A DNA stretch of 64,000 nt from Halieaceae bacterium (GTDB taxonomy: Bacteria > Pseudomonadota > Gammaproteobacteria > Pseudomonadales > Halieaceae). Below, one piece after another: positions 22,431 through 32,824 of this stretch. The notes beneath the pieces were generated by a model. That model had not been told where the DNA came from, made no database searches, and worked only from the letters and a program-made list of their open reading frames with translations. The position numbers were made by a program, and so were the translations under genes. Numbering within the stretch: position 1 is the stretch's first letter; each line of letters starts with the position of its first letter. The stretch spans positions 3,611 to 67,610 of the forward strand of contig NYTE01000024.1 in the NCBI GenBank assembly GCA_002683335.1, read 5' to 3'.

Positions 22431-24583
22431 TGATGGCCCTCAAAAAGTTCGTAGCGAATTGTCACGCCAACAACGCGTGGTTCTCCGTATTGACGATACG
22501 GCTCAACAGTGTACTGCTTGCGAGGGTCGTTGCCGAAGGTACCAAAGCCCCGCGTGTACGTATCGCGATCGGTCAGGTTGCGCCCCCACAATGTCCATTG
22601 CCAGCGTCCTCTGCCACCGGAGATGCTGGCGTTGAGTTGATGTATCTCGTCGTTAGCGACCTCATGACGATCTGAGAAAAAATAACGATCACTGCCAGCT
22701 AACTCGAGCTGCACTGCGGCCAGAGGATGGATGTCCCAGCGCGCCCCGAGTGAATACTGCCAAGAGGGGGATTGAGGTTGTTCACGGCCTGATAAATTCT
22801 CGCCCGTGGCGCTCACGTACTCATCGAATTGAGCATCGAGCACTCCCAAATTCAGTTGCCAGTGCCACCCTTCAGTGGGCTGCCACCGCGCCTCCCATTC
22901 CAATCCGCGATGATGTCCGGCTGCCGCGTTATCGGTGTAATCGATAAATGCGGTACTGCCGTCATTACGAGGAATGACAACCGACCCTCGGACCTGCTGA
23001 TCATCTCTTTCCATTGCGAATATCGCCAGACGAGACTGAAGATTGATTCCCGGCCAGAAGCCTTGCCAGCCCCATTCAAGACTGATTAGCGTTTCTTCAT
23101 CGAAGATACTGAGCCCGCTGACACGGTTTTGATCGAGGTCAGGCAGCGCTTCAATCGAAGCCAGCAAGCTGGCATTGGCGCCGCCCGCTCGCGCGCCGCG
23201 AGAAAGGGTAAGGTAGGTTTGTTGTCCGCGCTGGTAGGTCCAGGTGAGACCGGTACGCCCCGTCCAGTAGGCATGGTCAAAGGGCGTATTGACCGCGGCG
23301 CTATCGCGGTAGTGGCTCTCGCGTTTTTCGAGTCGCGCACCGATAAAACCAGAGAGAGTATCCGTAAAAGCACGGTTTACCTCTGCAAAAACTGCACCGG
23401 TATCTGTTTCTATCTTGCTTGAGAACGGTCCAGGCAAGTAACTGTAGTCGCGGGTTAACGTTTCTCGCTGATGTCTCAAGAGCGTGCCTAATATCCATGC
23501 AGTTCGTTCACCGCTCAGGGGTTGAATACGCCATTCCAGACTTGTCATTGTTCTATCGCGACGATATTCATCAAATGATTGGTATTCCCAACCCGGTGCT
23601 ATGCCAACAAAACTCCAGTCCTCGTCGTAGCTGTAGGTGGTCTCGGTGTTCGCATGGCTCAGTTGGAGCCAGCTTTGATATGGCCCCAAAGGCCCCTGCC
23701 ATTTGATCCTTGCAGCTTTGAGCGTCAGATCATCTTCCCCAGGCTCATCAGAGAGCGTATCGCGAGTATTGTCGAGAGAAAACGCATCGTAACCATTGTT
23801 AACACGAGTGTAGTAGAGCGCAGTCTCAAACAGATGCCCGTTTGATTGCCAACGGGCGGCGCCACGCGCCGTGAGCTCATCTCGCGCATTGGTGTCGTTG
23901 CGGTTCAGCCATTGATTATTAGTGAAGCCATCGCTCGTATAGCGCTGAAGTGCGAGACGCGCGCTGGTATTTTCCGACGTTGGCCCTCCGATCTTCATGC
24001 CCAACCGGTATCCACCATCAGTTTCTGCGCCTGCGCTAAAAGCAGTGCCCCGCTGCTCTGGGGAGGTGCTCTGCATGGCAATAACACCAGCCAATGCGTT
24101 GGCACCCATCAATGTCCCTTGGGGACCTCGGAGCACCTCAACCTGTTCCAGATCAAATAATGTGAGTGTCCCGCCCAAGCCACTGAGATCGACACCGTCT
24201 AACAGTATTCCGATAGAAGGGTTGAGCGGTTCGATAAATTGACTGCGCTCACCGATTCCACGTATCTGAATAAAACGGCTTCGGGATGCGCCAGAAGAGC
24301 TGGAAACGTTGGCCAGTAACGTGACCAGGTCATCAAGATGGACGCCGCCGCGCTGGGCTCGATCACGATCATTGAGTACCGACACGCTGATGGACGGCAT
24401 GACTTCCCCCATGAGGGTCGCCGTTACCGTGACTTCTTCAACAAGTGGTAAGGGTTGCGCAACGACAATCGCAACATGGGTCGCCAGATAGCAGGCTCCG
24501 AGGCAAGCCAGCCTGAAGGCAATCCCTTTTTTCACAGTGCAGTCGATATGGGCATCTAAACGTTTTGAGCTGATGGCGTTCAT
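22427..24583 (-). CDS. TonB-dependent outer-membrane receptor, probable thiamine uptake
   Basis: EEVTVTA TonB box, IRGIG, VEVLRGPQGTLMG plug motif, WGRNLTD; first gene after a TPP riboswitch. Confidence 0.93.
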   Translation of the reverse strand: MNAISSKRLDAHIDCTVKKGIAFRLACLGACYLATHVAIVVAQPLPLVEEVTVTATLMGEVMPSISVSVLNDRDRAQRGGVHLDDLVTLLANVSSSSGASRSRFIQIRGIGERSQFIEPLNPSIGILLDGVDLSGLGGTLTLFDLEQVEVLRGPQGTLMGANALAGVIAMQSTSPEQRGTAFSAGAETDGGYRLGMKIGGPTSENTSARLALQRYTSDGFTNNQWLNRNDTNARDELTARGAARWQSNGHLFETALYYTRVNNGYDAFSLDNTRDTLSDEPGEDDLTLKAARIKWQGPLGPYQSWLQLSHANTETTYSYDEDWSFVGIAPGWEYQSFDEYRRDRTMTSLEWRIQPLSGERTAWILGTLLRHQRETLTRDYSYLPGPFSSKIETDTGAVFAEVNRAFTDTLSGFIGARLEKRESHYRDSAAVNTPFDHAYWTGRTGLTWTYQRGQQTYLTLSRGARAGGANASLLASIEALPDLDQNRVSGLSIFDEETLISLEWGWQGFWPGINLQSRLAIFAMERDDQQVRGSVVIPRNDGSTAFIDYTDNAAAGHHRGLEWEARWQPTEGWHWQLNLGVLDAQFDEYVSATGENLSGREQPQSPSWQYSLGARWDIHPLAAVQLELAGSDRYFFSDRHEVANDEIHQLNASISGGRGRWQWTLWGRNLTDRDTYTRGFGTFGNDPRKQYTVEPYRQYGEPRVVGVTIRYELFEGHQ

Positions 24584-24645
24584 CGCGTTGCGTGTTCCCT
24601 CTTTGTGGCGGGGAACCGGTGAAGCCAGGCAGGAAACTTCGCCCG

Positions 24646-24735
24646 GCACCTAGTCCCTCCGCCGGTATCATCCGGATCAGGTTCAACGGGTTCGCCACTC
24701 TGGCATCTCAGGTATTCACCACCCCGCAGGTACTG
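24646..24735 (-). ncRNA. TPP (THI-box) riboswitch
   Basis: Minus strand GTACCTGCGGGGTG...CTGAGA...AACCCGTTGAACCTGATCCGGATGATACCGGCGGAGGGA...AGGTGC matches the THI element consensus. Confidence 0.96.
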
Positions 24736-24950
24736 AAAAGATAGCACAGCGTCACAGGCTAGGTTAACGATAATCCTGAAATTTTCGCCGAGATGCGTTG
24801 CTATTGGCGAAAAAGCATCGTCTTGCTGCCACTTCTTTTGTAGTCCGCCAAATTCCCTTTTGCTACCCTTCCAGCTCGATTTATCATCGGTATTCGCGTT
24901 GCCATCAGCGTATAATAGGAGCCGGTCAGCCAAGGAATGTTTGTTCGACT

Positions 24951-25985
24951 GTGAGCCGATTAAACCAGTACGCTACAAAGTTGCGGCTACGAGATGTCAT
25001 TGCCCAGACGGAGTCTCTCTTGATCCGCCTGTGGCAAGATTATGCGCGGAACCCTGCGAAACTCACGCGGCTGCAGAGCATGTTGCTAGCAGTGCTAGTG
25101 CTGTGGTCTCTAGCGAGCGCGAGCCAGTTGTTTTGGGCTCCATGGCGCAGTATATCATTGGAAGCCATTCCTGCCGAAATGATCAATATTCCTCGGCTTA
25201 CCGCTGGCTCGGGCAATATCGCCGTCGACATCAACCCCGTACTCGGTTCCGGCATATTCGGTGGTGATCCGGATACGCTAGAGGATGAGGGTGGGGCCGC
25301 AAGCATCGATAGTGGACGCGAGGGTATTGAGCAAAACGCCAAGGAGACGCGTCTCGCGTTGGTGTTGACGGGTATTGTCGCGTCGACTGAGGACGGATTG
25401 GGAAGCGCGGTGATTAAAGGAGGAAGTCGCGAGCAGGTATATGCCGTTGGTGATGACTTGCCCGTTTCTGGCAAAGTGACTTTAGTAAAGGTGATGCCCA
25501 GACAGGTCGTTATCGACAATAGTGGCACTTACGAGCTGATTAAGCTTTACGAGGGACCGGGTCTGGTATTACCGACCCGAGCAGCGCAAAGGGCGCGCCC
25601 GGATTTGGCGACGCCTGTCACGTCGCAATCGGGCGGCGATGATACAGTTGTTGATGTTGAGGTGAGGGCGATTGTGGCTGGGCAGTATCGACAGCAGCTC
25701 TATGAGGCGCCTGAATCCCTTGCTCGCGTTGTCTCGGTCTCTCCGGTACGCGAGGGGGGCAGCGTCTCTGGATACCGGGTAGCGCCCGGGGCGGACCGCG
25801 ACGCCTTTAATGCAACCGGTTTTCAGTCGGGTGACGTTGTAAAGGCGGTGAATGGGCTGGCGCTGAGCGATGCGAGTAATACACTGAAACTGTATCAATT
25901 GATGAAAGACGCCAATCAAGCGACTTTTGAATTAGAGCGGAATGGCGAATCGGTCACACTCAGTGTGGATCTTGCGAGCCCGTAA
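24951..25985 (+). CDS. gspC: Type II secretion protein GspC (TM, HR and PDZ domains)
   Basis: AKETRLALVLTGIVAS HR domain; GFQSGDVVKAVNG PDZ; start uncertain. Confidence 0.9.
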   Translation: MSRLNQYATKLRLRDVIAQTESLLIRLWQDYARNPAKLTRLQSMLLAVLVLWSLASASQLFWAPWRSISLEAIPAEMINIPRLTAGSGNIAVDINPVLGSGIFGGDPDTLEDEGGAASIDSGREGIEQNAKETRLALVLTGIVASTEDGLGSAVIKGGSREQVYAVGDDLPVSGKVTLVKVMPRQVVIDNSGTYELIKLYEGPGLVLPTRAAQRARPDLATPVTSQSGGDDTVVDVEVRAIVAGQYRQQLYEAPESLARVVSVSPVREGGSVSGYRVAPGADRDAFNATGFQSGDVVKAVNGLALSDASNTLKLYQLMKDANQATFELERNGESVTLSVDLASP

Positions 25986-25989
25986 CAGG

Positions 25990-28005
25990 ATGCCCTTGAA
26001 AAAAATGGATATACGTTTGTCCTCCCTATCGAGTCTGCGCATCGTTTGTATCGCGATGCTGCTGTGTTGGGCCCCTCTATCGCCCGCGCAAGAATATACG
26101 GTCAATCTTAAAGATACCGATATTCAAGAGTTTATTAAATTTGTCGCCGATGTGACGGGCACCACGATGGTGGTGGATCCTAACGTCAAAGGTAAGGTCA
26201 GAGTTATTTCTTCTCAGCCTGTGACACAGGCTGAGCTGTACGACCTTTTTTTGTCTATTTTGGACGTTCAGGGGTACACAGCAGTGCGCAGTGGCCAGAT
26301 CATTCGCATTGTTCCGAGTAAAGACGCGCGTTCCTCACCGGTGCCGCTCATGGGTGATCAGGACATCGCGGCCAATGATGAGTACGTTACGCAAGTCATC
26401 CGGTTGGAAAACATCTCGGCGGCTAAGCTGATTCCCGTATTACGCCCACTTGTGCCACAACAGGCTCATATGGCGGCTTATGCGCCAAGCAATGCGATTA
26501 TCCTCTCAGATATTCGCTCCAATATTGGAAGAATTGTCGACATCATTGAGCGCATGGATCGTTCCGCGGTTCAGACAACCGAGATTATTCGGCTGAGATA
26601 TGGGGTCGCCGAGGATGTCGTCAGCATGCTCAACGCACTGGAAAAATCGCGTCAGGGTGAGGGTGCGGAGGCCGACAAGGAGGCGATACTCGTAGCCGAT
26701 AAGCGCACCAATAGCGTAGTGGTAACCGCGGACGAATTAACGGTAGAGCGAATCCGCAAACTGGTGACGTATCTCGATACCCCGCTCGAGCAGTCCGGTA
26801 ACGTCCGGGTAATCTACCTCGAGTATGCAGATGCAGTTGAAGTCGCGGAGGTGCTCACGCGGGTCATGCAAAATATCGCTCGTCTCGAAGAGGGCGGAGC
26901 GAACAAGCGCTCGGGTAATAATGAATCCACTATCGAAGCAGATGCCGGCACTAACAGCCTGATCATCACTGCGGATACGGACGAAATGGCGGCGCTGGAA
27001 TCGGTGATTGCGCGCCTCGATATCCGTCGTGCCCAGGTGCTGATTGAGGCGATTATCGTCGAAATGGAAATGACCGAGGGTCAGGAACTCGGCCTGCAAT
27101 GGCTGTTCTCCAATGATAGCGGTTTGTACGGTGGCAACATCAGTACAAGTTCTGCGCAACAGGCGCGCAACCGTGCGCTGGCCGATGCCATTCTGCCTGA
27201 CGATGGATCCGAGACCATTTCTACAGGTAGTGTGGCGGGCGCGCTATCCCAGATTCCGGGCACGACGCTAGGCTGGGGCGTGGTCGATCAGGATCTGACC
27301 ATGTCGGTCATCCTCAACGCGCTGGAGACACAGGGGAACGCTAACATCCTCTCGACCCCTAGCTTGTTGACTCTGGACAATGAAGAGGCCTTTATTACAG
27401 TCGGCCAACAAGTGCCCTTTGTTACCGGCTCCTATACGAGTACGGGCGTGGCTAATGGCGCCCAGAATCCTTTCCAGACTATTGAGCGTCAGAGTGTTGG
27501 CGTCACGCTGACAGTGACACCGCAAGTTAACGAGGGAGATTCCGTTGTGCTGGACATCGTGCAAGAGGTGTCGAGTATCTCTGCGCAGATTTTAGTGGCG
27601 TCTGACGTGATTACGAATGAGAGAAAGATTGAAACAAAAGTACTGGCCAATGACAGCGATATCGTGGTGTTGGGTGGATTGGTGAAGGACGAAGTTCAGG
27701 ACTCGGCCCAGGGGGTTCCTATCTTGTCCGATATCCCACTGCTGGGAAGGCTGTTTCGTAACGATGTCGTCACGGTGACCAAATCGAACCTGCTGGTGTT
27801 TATTCGCCCCACGATCATCCGAGATGACGAAGATCTGATTGGCGCAACTGCAGAGAAGTATCGCTTCATACGAGAGCAACAGATTGAGCGTCGCGAGAGA
27901 GGCTTGATGTTCTTGGATGACGGTAATCTGCCGGTATTGCCTCCATGGGAAGAACAGATACAGCAGTTACCTGAGGTGCCCGCGGGCGACCGCGGAGATG
28001 GCTAG
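25990..28005 (+). CDS. gspD: Type II secretion secretin GspD
   Basis: NLKDTDIQEFI N0, LDIRRAQVLIEAIIVE, STPSLLTLDNEEA, VPILSDIPLLGRLF. Confidence 0.97.
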   Translation: MPLKKMDIRLSSLSSLRIVCIAMLLCWAPLSPAQEYTVNLKDTDIQEFIKFVADVTGTTMVVDPNVKGKVRVISSQPVTQAELYDLFLSILDVQGYTAVRSGQIIRIVPSKDARSSPVPLMGDQDIAANDEYVTQVIRLENISAAKLIPVLRPLVPQQAHMAAYAPSNAIILSDIRSNIGRIVDIIERMDRSAVQTTEIIRLRYGVAEDVVSMLNALEKSRQGEGAEADKEAILVADKRTNSVVVTADELTVERIRKLVTYLDTPLEQSGNVRVIYLEYADAVEVAEVLTRVMQNIARLEEGGANKRSGNNESTIEADAGTNSLIITADTDEMAALESVIARLDIRRAQVLIEAIIVEMEMTEGQELGLQWLFSNDSGLYGGNISTSSAQQARNRALADAILPDDGSETISTGSVAGALSQIPGTTLGWGVVDQDLTMSVILNALETQGNANILSTPSLLTLDNEEAFITVGQQVPFVTGSYTSTGVANGAQNPFQTIERQSVGVTLTVTPQVNEGDSVVLDIVQEVSSISAQILVASDVITNERKIETKVLANDSDIVVLGGLVKDEVQDSAQGVPILSDIPLLGRLFRNDVVTVTKSNLLVFIRPTIIRDDEDLIGATAEKYRFIREQQIERRERGLMFLDDGNLPVLPPWEEQIQQLPEVPAGDRGDG

Positions 28006-28011
28006 TCGCTG

Positions 28012-29529
28012 GTGACGGAGTCCTCAATCAACCAAGCGGTGGCAGCAGAAGCTCCCGGTGCGGTCATGGCCTCCGGCGTGCCCTTTACCTTTGCTCAGAG
28101 TCGCAATGTTTTGCTCGATCGACAAGGGGCTGTTTCTACTCTTTATTATGTCCCTCCATTGCAGCCGGACGTGTTACTTGAGATGCGTCGCTTTGTTGGT
28201 GAGGCTTTTACGCTAGAGATTCTGGATGCGGAGCAGTTTCGCCAGCGCCTGACCCTGGCATATCAGCGCACGCAGAATGAAGCAGCGCAGATGGCAGAAG
28301 ATTTATCTTCGGATGTCGATCTGGCACAGCTGGTTGATGAGCTGCCCGATGTGGGTGATCTCATGGATGCTGAAGACGATGCACCCATTATCCGGCTCAT
28401 CAATGCCATTCTTTCGCAGGCGGTGAAAGAGAAAGCATCTGATATTCACATCGAAACTTTTGAAGAACGCCTCAGTGTTCGCTATCGCGTAGACGGCGTG
28501 TTGGCCGAGGTCTTGTCGCCAAAACGCATGCTCGCGCCATTACTGGTGTCACGGTTGAAGGTGATGGCGAAATTGGATATTGCTGAAAAGCGCGTGCCTC
28601 AAGATGGCCGGATCTCAGTACGGATAGCGGGGCACGGAATTGATATCAGGATGTCAACCATTCCCTCGGCCTATGGTGAACGGGTCGTATTAAGACTTCT
28701 GGATAAGCAGGCGGGGCAGCTCAATTTAACTGAGCTGCGCATGAACGAACAGGTGGACTCAGCCTATCGCAATGCGCTGGCGAGTCCCCATGGCATCATT
28801 TTGGTTACCGGTCCTACGGGGTCGGGTAAAACTACGACGCTTTACGCGGGGCTCTCCAGTATCAATGAGTCGTCACGCAACATTCTGACGATAGAGGACC
28901 CTGTTGAGTATATGTTGCCGGGTGTGGGGCAAACGCAGGTCAATCCCAAGGTTGATATGACGTTCGCGCGTGGCTTACGCGCTATTCTGCGGCAGGATCC
29001 GGATATCGTTATGGTGGGTGAGGTACGTGATCTTGAGACAGCGGAGATCGCTGTTCAAGCCTCGCTAACGGGGCATCTCGTGCTGTCTACGCTACACACA
29101 AACACTGCGATTGGTGCCGTCACGCGGCTTCAAGACATGGGCGTAGAGCCATTTTTGTTGTCTTCCAGCTTACTGGCGGTAATGGCTCAGCGTCTGGTGA
29201 GATTATTGTGTTTGGAGTGTCGTGAGCCCTACCGGCCGACGGATACCGAGTGCGAGAGGCTCGGCATTACCGACTCTCAGATACAGCTGTATCGCGGCGT
29301 AGGATGCGAGCACTGTAACTTCACGGGCTATCGTGGCAGAACCGGTATTTATGAATTAGTAGAAATTGGCGACGCACTTCGGCAAGCCATTCACACCGGT
29401 GAGGGAGAGCAGGCGCTTTTACGAATAGCCCGTCAGCATAGCCCCGGTATCGATGCCGATGGACGACGAAGAATACTGGAAGGGCAAACTAGCCTTGAGG
29501 AAGTCCTTAGGGTAACGGCGGTGAACTGA
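28012..29529 (+). CDS. gspE: Type II secretion ATPase GspE
   Basis: DDAPIIRLIN, GPTGSGKTTTLY, LRQDPD, CxxC pairs. Confidence 0.97.
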   Translation: MTESSINQAVAAEAPGAVMASGVPFTFAQSRNVLLDRQGAVSTLYYVPPLQPDVLLEMRRFVGEAFTLEILDAEQFRQRLTLAYQRTQNEAAQMAEDLSSDVDLAQLVDELPDVGDLMDAEDDAPIIRLINAILSQAVKEKASDIHIETFEERLSVRYRVDGVLAEVLSPKRMLAPLLVSRLKVMAKLDIAEKRVPQDGRISVRIAGHGIDIRMSTIPSAYGERVVLRLLDKQAGQLNLTELRMNEQVDSAYRNALASPHGIILVTGPTGSGKTTTLYAGLSSINESSRNILTIEDPVEYMLPGVGQTQVNPKVDMTFARGLRAILRQDPDIVMVGEVRDLETAEIAVQASLTGHLVLSTLHTNTAIGAVTRLQDMGVEPFLLSSSLLAVMAQRLVRLLCLECREPYRPTDTECERLGITDSQIQLYRGVGCEHCNFTGYRGRTGIYELVEIGDALRQAIHTGEGEQALLRIARQHSPGIDADGRRRILEGQTSLEEVLRVTAVN

Positions 29530-29532
29530 GCT

Positions 29533-30753
29533 ATGGCGGCGTTTCGTTACAAGGCGCTCAACGGCGATGGCAAGCTGGTAAAAGGGGTCCTTGAGGGTGA
29601 CTCTGATCGTCAAATTAGGGCCGTCCTGCGTCAGAGACACCTGCGCCCGGTCGAGGTGGAAACCGCGAAAGACACCCTGCAGGTTGGCCGTAAATTGCCC
29701 CTGCGGATTTTTAGTCGGCGTCTGGCAGCGAGTGATTTGGCGCTCATTACTCGCCAATTGGCGACGCTCGTCGCCTCTGCTTTGCCCTTGGACGAATGTT
29801 TGTCAGCGGTGGCCGAGCAGAGTCGCAAGCCTGCGATCACATCGATGATGCTCGAGGTGCGATCGAAGGTGGCTGAGGGACATACCCTTGCGCATGCACT
29901 GAATCAGTTTCCTACTGCTTTTGGTGAGATGTACCGTGCAATGGTGAATGCCGGTGAGGAGGCTGGGCAGTTGGGACCAGTCCTGGAGCAATTGGCCCAT
30001 TACACCGAGACACGGCAACACACCGCCCAGAAGCTCCAGATGGCGCTGATCTATCCGTTTGTCTTGATCGCGGTAGCGGTTGCCGTGGTGGCCGCATTAA
30101 TGATTTTTGTAGTGCCTGAGTTGGTGGGCATCTTTGCTCACACGAAAAAGGCATTGCCACCGCTGACAGTCGGCCTTATTTGGGTCAGCGACTTTATGCG
30201 TCTCTACACTGTGCATTGTCTGGTGGCCATTGTTATCGCAGCGTGGGGCATACAACGCACACTGCGCCCGCCCAGTAGCCGGAAGCGGTGGCATCGTGCT
30301 TTGCTAAAGGCTCCGATGTTGAGTGGCGTGTTAATCGCGCTGGATAGCGCCCGCTTTTCCTCTACGTTGAGTATCCTGATGGCGTCAGGGGTACCACTGA
30401 TTCATGCGCTTCGCATCGCAGGCTCGGTGATGAACAATTTGGTGTTAAGAGATGCCAGTCTGTCGGTTTCCAAACGCGTGCAGGAGGGTTCGAGTCTCAG
30501 TCGGGCACTGTCTCAGGAGCAGTTTTTTCCACCCATGATGGTGCATATGGTTGCCTCTGGGGAGAGCAGTGGTGATCTTGAGAAAATGCTCGAGCGATCT
30601 GCCGTCAATCAGGAACGCGAGCTCGAAATGGCGCTTGGTACAGTAATGGGGTTGTTTGAACCCGCAATGGTGGTATTCATGGGAGGGCTGGTATTGACCA
30701 TTGTGCTCGCTATCCTGCTGCCAATATTTGACTTAAATACGATGGTGAGGTGA
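29533..30753 (+). CDS. gspF: Type II secretion platform protein GspF
   Basis: MAAFRYKAL, TRQLATL, ALIYP, ILLPIFDLN. Confidence 0.96.
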   Translation: MAAFRYKALNGDGKLVKGVLEGDSDRQIRAVLRQRHLRPVEVETAKDTLQVGRKLPLRIFSRRLAASDLALITRQLATLVASALPLDECLSAVAEQSRKPAITSMMLEVRSKVAEGHTLAHALNQFPTAFGEMYRAMVNAGEEAGQLGPVLEQLAHYTETRQHTAQKLQMALIYPFVLIAVAVAVVAALMIFVVPELVGIFAHTKKALPPLTVGLIWVSDFMRLYTVHCLVAIVIAAWGIQRTLRPPSSRKRWHRALLKAPMLSGVLIALDSARFSSTLSILMASGVPLIHALRIAGSVMNNLVLRDASLSVSKRVQEGSSLSRALSQEQFFPPMMVHMVASGESSGDLEKMLERSAVNQERELEMALGTVMGLFEPAMVVFMGGLVLTIVLAILLPIFDLNTMVR

Positions 30754-30759
30754 TGCATT

Positions 30760-31191
30760 ATGAAGCGTGATTATGGCTTCTCATTGATTGAGATCTTGGT
30801 GGTGCTGGTCATCATGGGGCTGTTGATTAGTGTGGTGGCTCCTACTGTCCTCAACAGTGCAGACGATGCGCGGATTCAGAAAGTCAGAGCAGATTTTAAA
30901 TCCATTGAAACGGCGTTAAAAATTTATCGTCTTGATAATTATGTCTATCCGACGACCGAGCAGGGCCTCGAGGCGTTGGTCTCACCCAGCACCTTGAATC
31001 CGGAGCCTAGAAATTTCAAGCAAGGTGGTTATCTTGCTGAAACACCGATGGACCCATGGGGTCGCCCCTATCTTTACCTCTCCCCGGGAGAGAATAGAGA
31101 CGTTGATATCTATTCGCTAGGTGCAGATGGATTACCCGGGGGAGAGGGTCAGAATGCTGACATCGGTAATTGGAATGAAGCTGACGGCTGA
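30760..31191 (+). CDS. gspG: Major pseudopilin GspG
   Basis: GFSLIEILVV, YPTTEQGLEAL, DPWGRPY, SLGADG, DIGNW. Confidence 0.98.
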   Translation: MKRDYGFSLIEILVVLVIMGLLISVVAPTVLNSADDARIQKVRADFKSIETALKIYRLDNYVYPTTEQGLEALVSPSTLNPEPRNFKQGGYLAETPMDPWGRPYLYLSPGENRDVDIYSLGADGLPGGEGQNADIGNWNEADG

Positions 31192-31216
31192 TATTATATT
31201 CGTTTCAAATTAAGCA

Positions 31217-31780
31217 ATGAGAGCTAGCTCGCGCGGGTTCAGCTTTATCGAGCTGTTGGTGGCCGTATTCATCATCGTGCTGCTGACCGGGGTCGTGACC
31301 TTGGGTGTGGGCCGTGGTGGAGCGGATCTTCGCCTAGAGGACGAGGTTAGCTACGTGGCTAATTTGCTTATGTTTGCCAGTACAGAGGCGGGCCTTTCCG
31401 CAAATGACCATGGTTTGTTTCTCGGTCTAACGGTCGAGAACGGCGCTGATCGCTATCAGGGTATTTGGCTGCAGCGCTTTGATCAGGGTTGGGCTTCGCC
31501 GCGGGTCAACGCCGAGATATTCGGTCCACTTTGGTTCGAGGAGGGCTCAGAACTTCGATTAACACTGGACGGACAACCGGATATTGATATTCAGGAATAC
31601 GATCCCGAACTTAATCCGACGCCGCAAATCGTCGCCTGGGCGGGTGGTGAAATGACCCCCGGGGCGCTTGAATGGCTTGACCAGAAAACAGGTGAGCTTC
31701 TTTTCCGTCTGGAGTGGGATCTACTCGGGCGGATGACCGCCTTGCCTGGGGGAGAAGCCGTCGTGGAAGATCCAAGGTGA
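31217..31780 (+). CDS. gspH: Minor pseudopilin GspH
   Basis: RGFSFIELLV prepilin motif, GEMTP; position in operon. Confidence 0.88.
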   Translation: MRASSRGFSFIELLVAVFIIVLLTGVVTLGVGRGGADLRLEDEVSYVANLLMFASTEAGLSANDHGLFLGLTVENGADRYQGIWLQRFDQGWASPRVNAEIFGPLWFEEGSELRLTLDGQPDIDIQEYDPELNPTPQIVAWAGGEMTPGALEWLDQKTGELLFRLEWDLLGRMTALPGGEAVVEDPR

Positions 31781-32181
31781 GTCGCTGGCGATGGGGTCAG
31801 GGCTTCACTCTGATAGAAGTCATGGTCGCGCTCGCAGTGGTTGCGGTCGCGCTGCCTGCCCTCCTGATGACCATATCGCAACAGCTTGATGGTATGCGCT
31901 ATCTGGAGGACCGAAGTCATGCACAATGGGTGGCAGCCAATCGGCTTGCAGAGCTCAGGTTGGTGTCGAAAGCACGAGGCAAATTACAGGCTGGATTGAT
32001 TTCGGGCAGCGAAGAACTTGCAGGCCGGCAGTGGTATTGGTGGAGCGAAGGCAAAGAGACGGGAGTGCCGGGGTTTTTCCGTTACGAGATTCTCGTCTCA
32101 GACCGAGAGGATTCTCGCATAACCCCGCTGTATTCATTGGATGGTTATCTGGTGCATGAGGCGACTCAGGGTGGTCAGTAA
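31777..32181 (+). CDS. gspI: Minor pseudopilin GspI
   Basis: GFTLIEVMVALAV, AQWVAANRL; GTG start overlaps the gspH stop. Confidence 0.92.
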   Translation: MSRWRWGQGFTLIEVMVALAVVAVALPALLMTISQQLDGMRYLEDRSHAQWVAANRLAELRLVSKARGKLQAGLISGSEELAGRQWYWWSEGKETGVPGFFRYEILVSDREDSRITPLYSLDGYLVHEATQGGQ

Positions 32182-32824
32182 ATTCAGTGCCCGCGGTTTT
32201 ACACTAATAGAGGTACTGGTCGCCATGGCGATCACTGCATTGGTCGCTATGGTCTCTTATAGCGCGCTCTCGGCTGCAATCTCAAGCGCCGAGGCGCTTC
32301 GTATCAGTACTGAAAGAGCACGGGATATCGGTCAAGTCATGGCGATACTCTCTCGCGATATTCGGCAGGTTGCAAAACGCCCCGTCATTGACGAGTTTGG
32401 ACAACGAATGCCTGCGGTATTGGGTGGGGAATTGGCCCGCGACGAACTGACGTTAACCCGGGCAGGCTGGCACAACTCTACAGGTGCACCACGCAGCACA
32501 CTACAACGTGTGCACTGGTGGATCGAGGATGAAACGCTATGGCGTGGCTATTTTCCGGTATTGGATCGAACCGTGGGTACCGAACGTATAGAAACCGCCG
32601 TCCTGAATGAGGTCGAGGGATTCGAGGTGCGATTTTTACCCAGTTTGGCTAAGTTGGAAATCAATCGCGACGACGTGATTGATCGCAAGAATTGGGAGGA
32701 TAGTTGGGTTGCGGATGTATCTCAGCCGAATCAGGGACTGCCCTCACCTGCCGCGGTTGAAGTGACAATGGAAGTGTCCGGTCTGGGCGAAGTGAAGCGT
32801 TTATATGTCTTGCCTGAACACTGA
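32171..32824 (+). CDS. gspJ: Minor pseudopilin GspJ
   Basis: RGFTLIEVLVAM, TRAGWHN, RSTLQRV. Confidence 0.93.
   Translation: MVSKFSARGFTLIEVLVAMAITALVAMVSYSALSAAISSAEALRISTERARDIGQVMAILSRDIRQVAKRPVIDEFGQRMPAVLGGELARDELTLTRAGWHNSTGAPRSTLQRVHWWIEDETLWRGYFPVLDRTVGTERIETAVLNEVEGFEVRFLPSLAKLEINRDDVIDRKNWEDSWVADVSQPNQGLPSPAAVEVTMEVSGLGEVKRLYVLPEH

Noticed and set aside
24937-24954. 5-codon uORF (MFVRL) overlapping the putative gspC GTG
   Set aside because: No properly spaced SD and the gspC start is itself uncertain; likely chance
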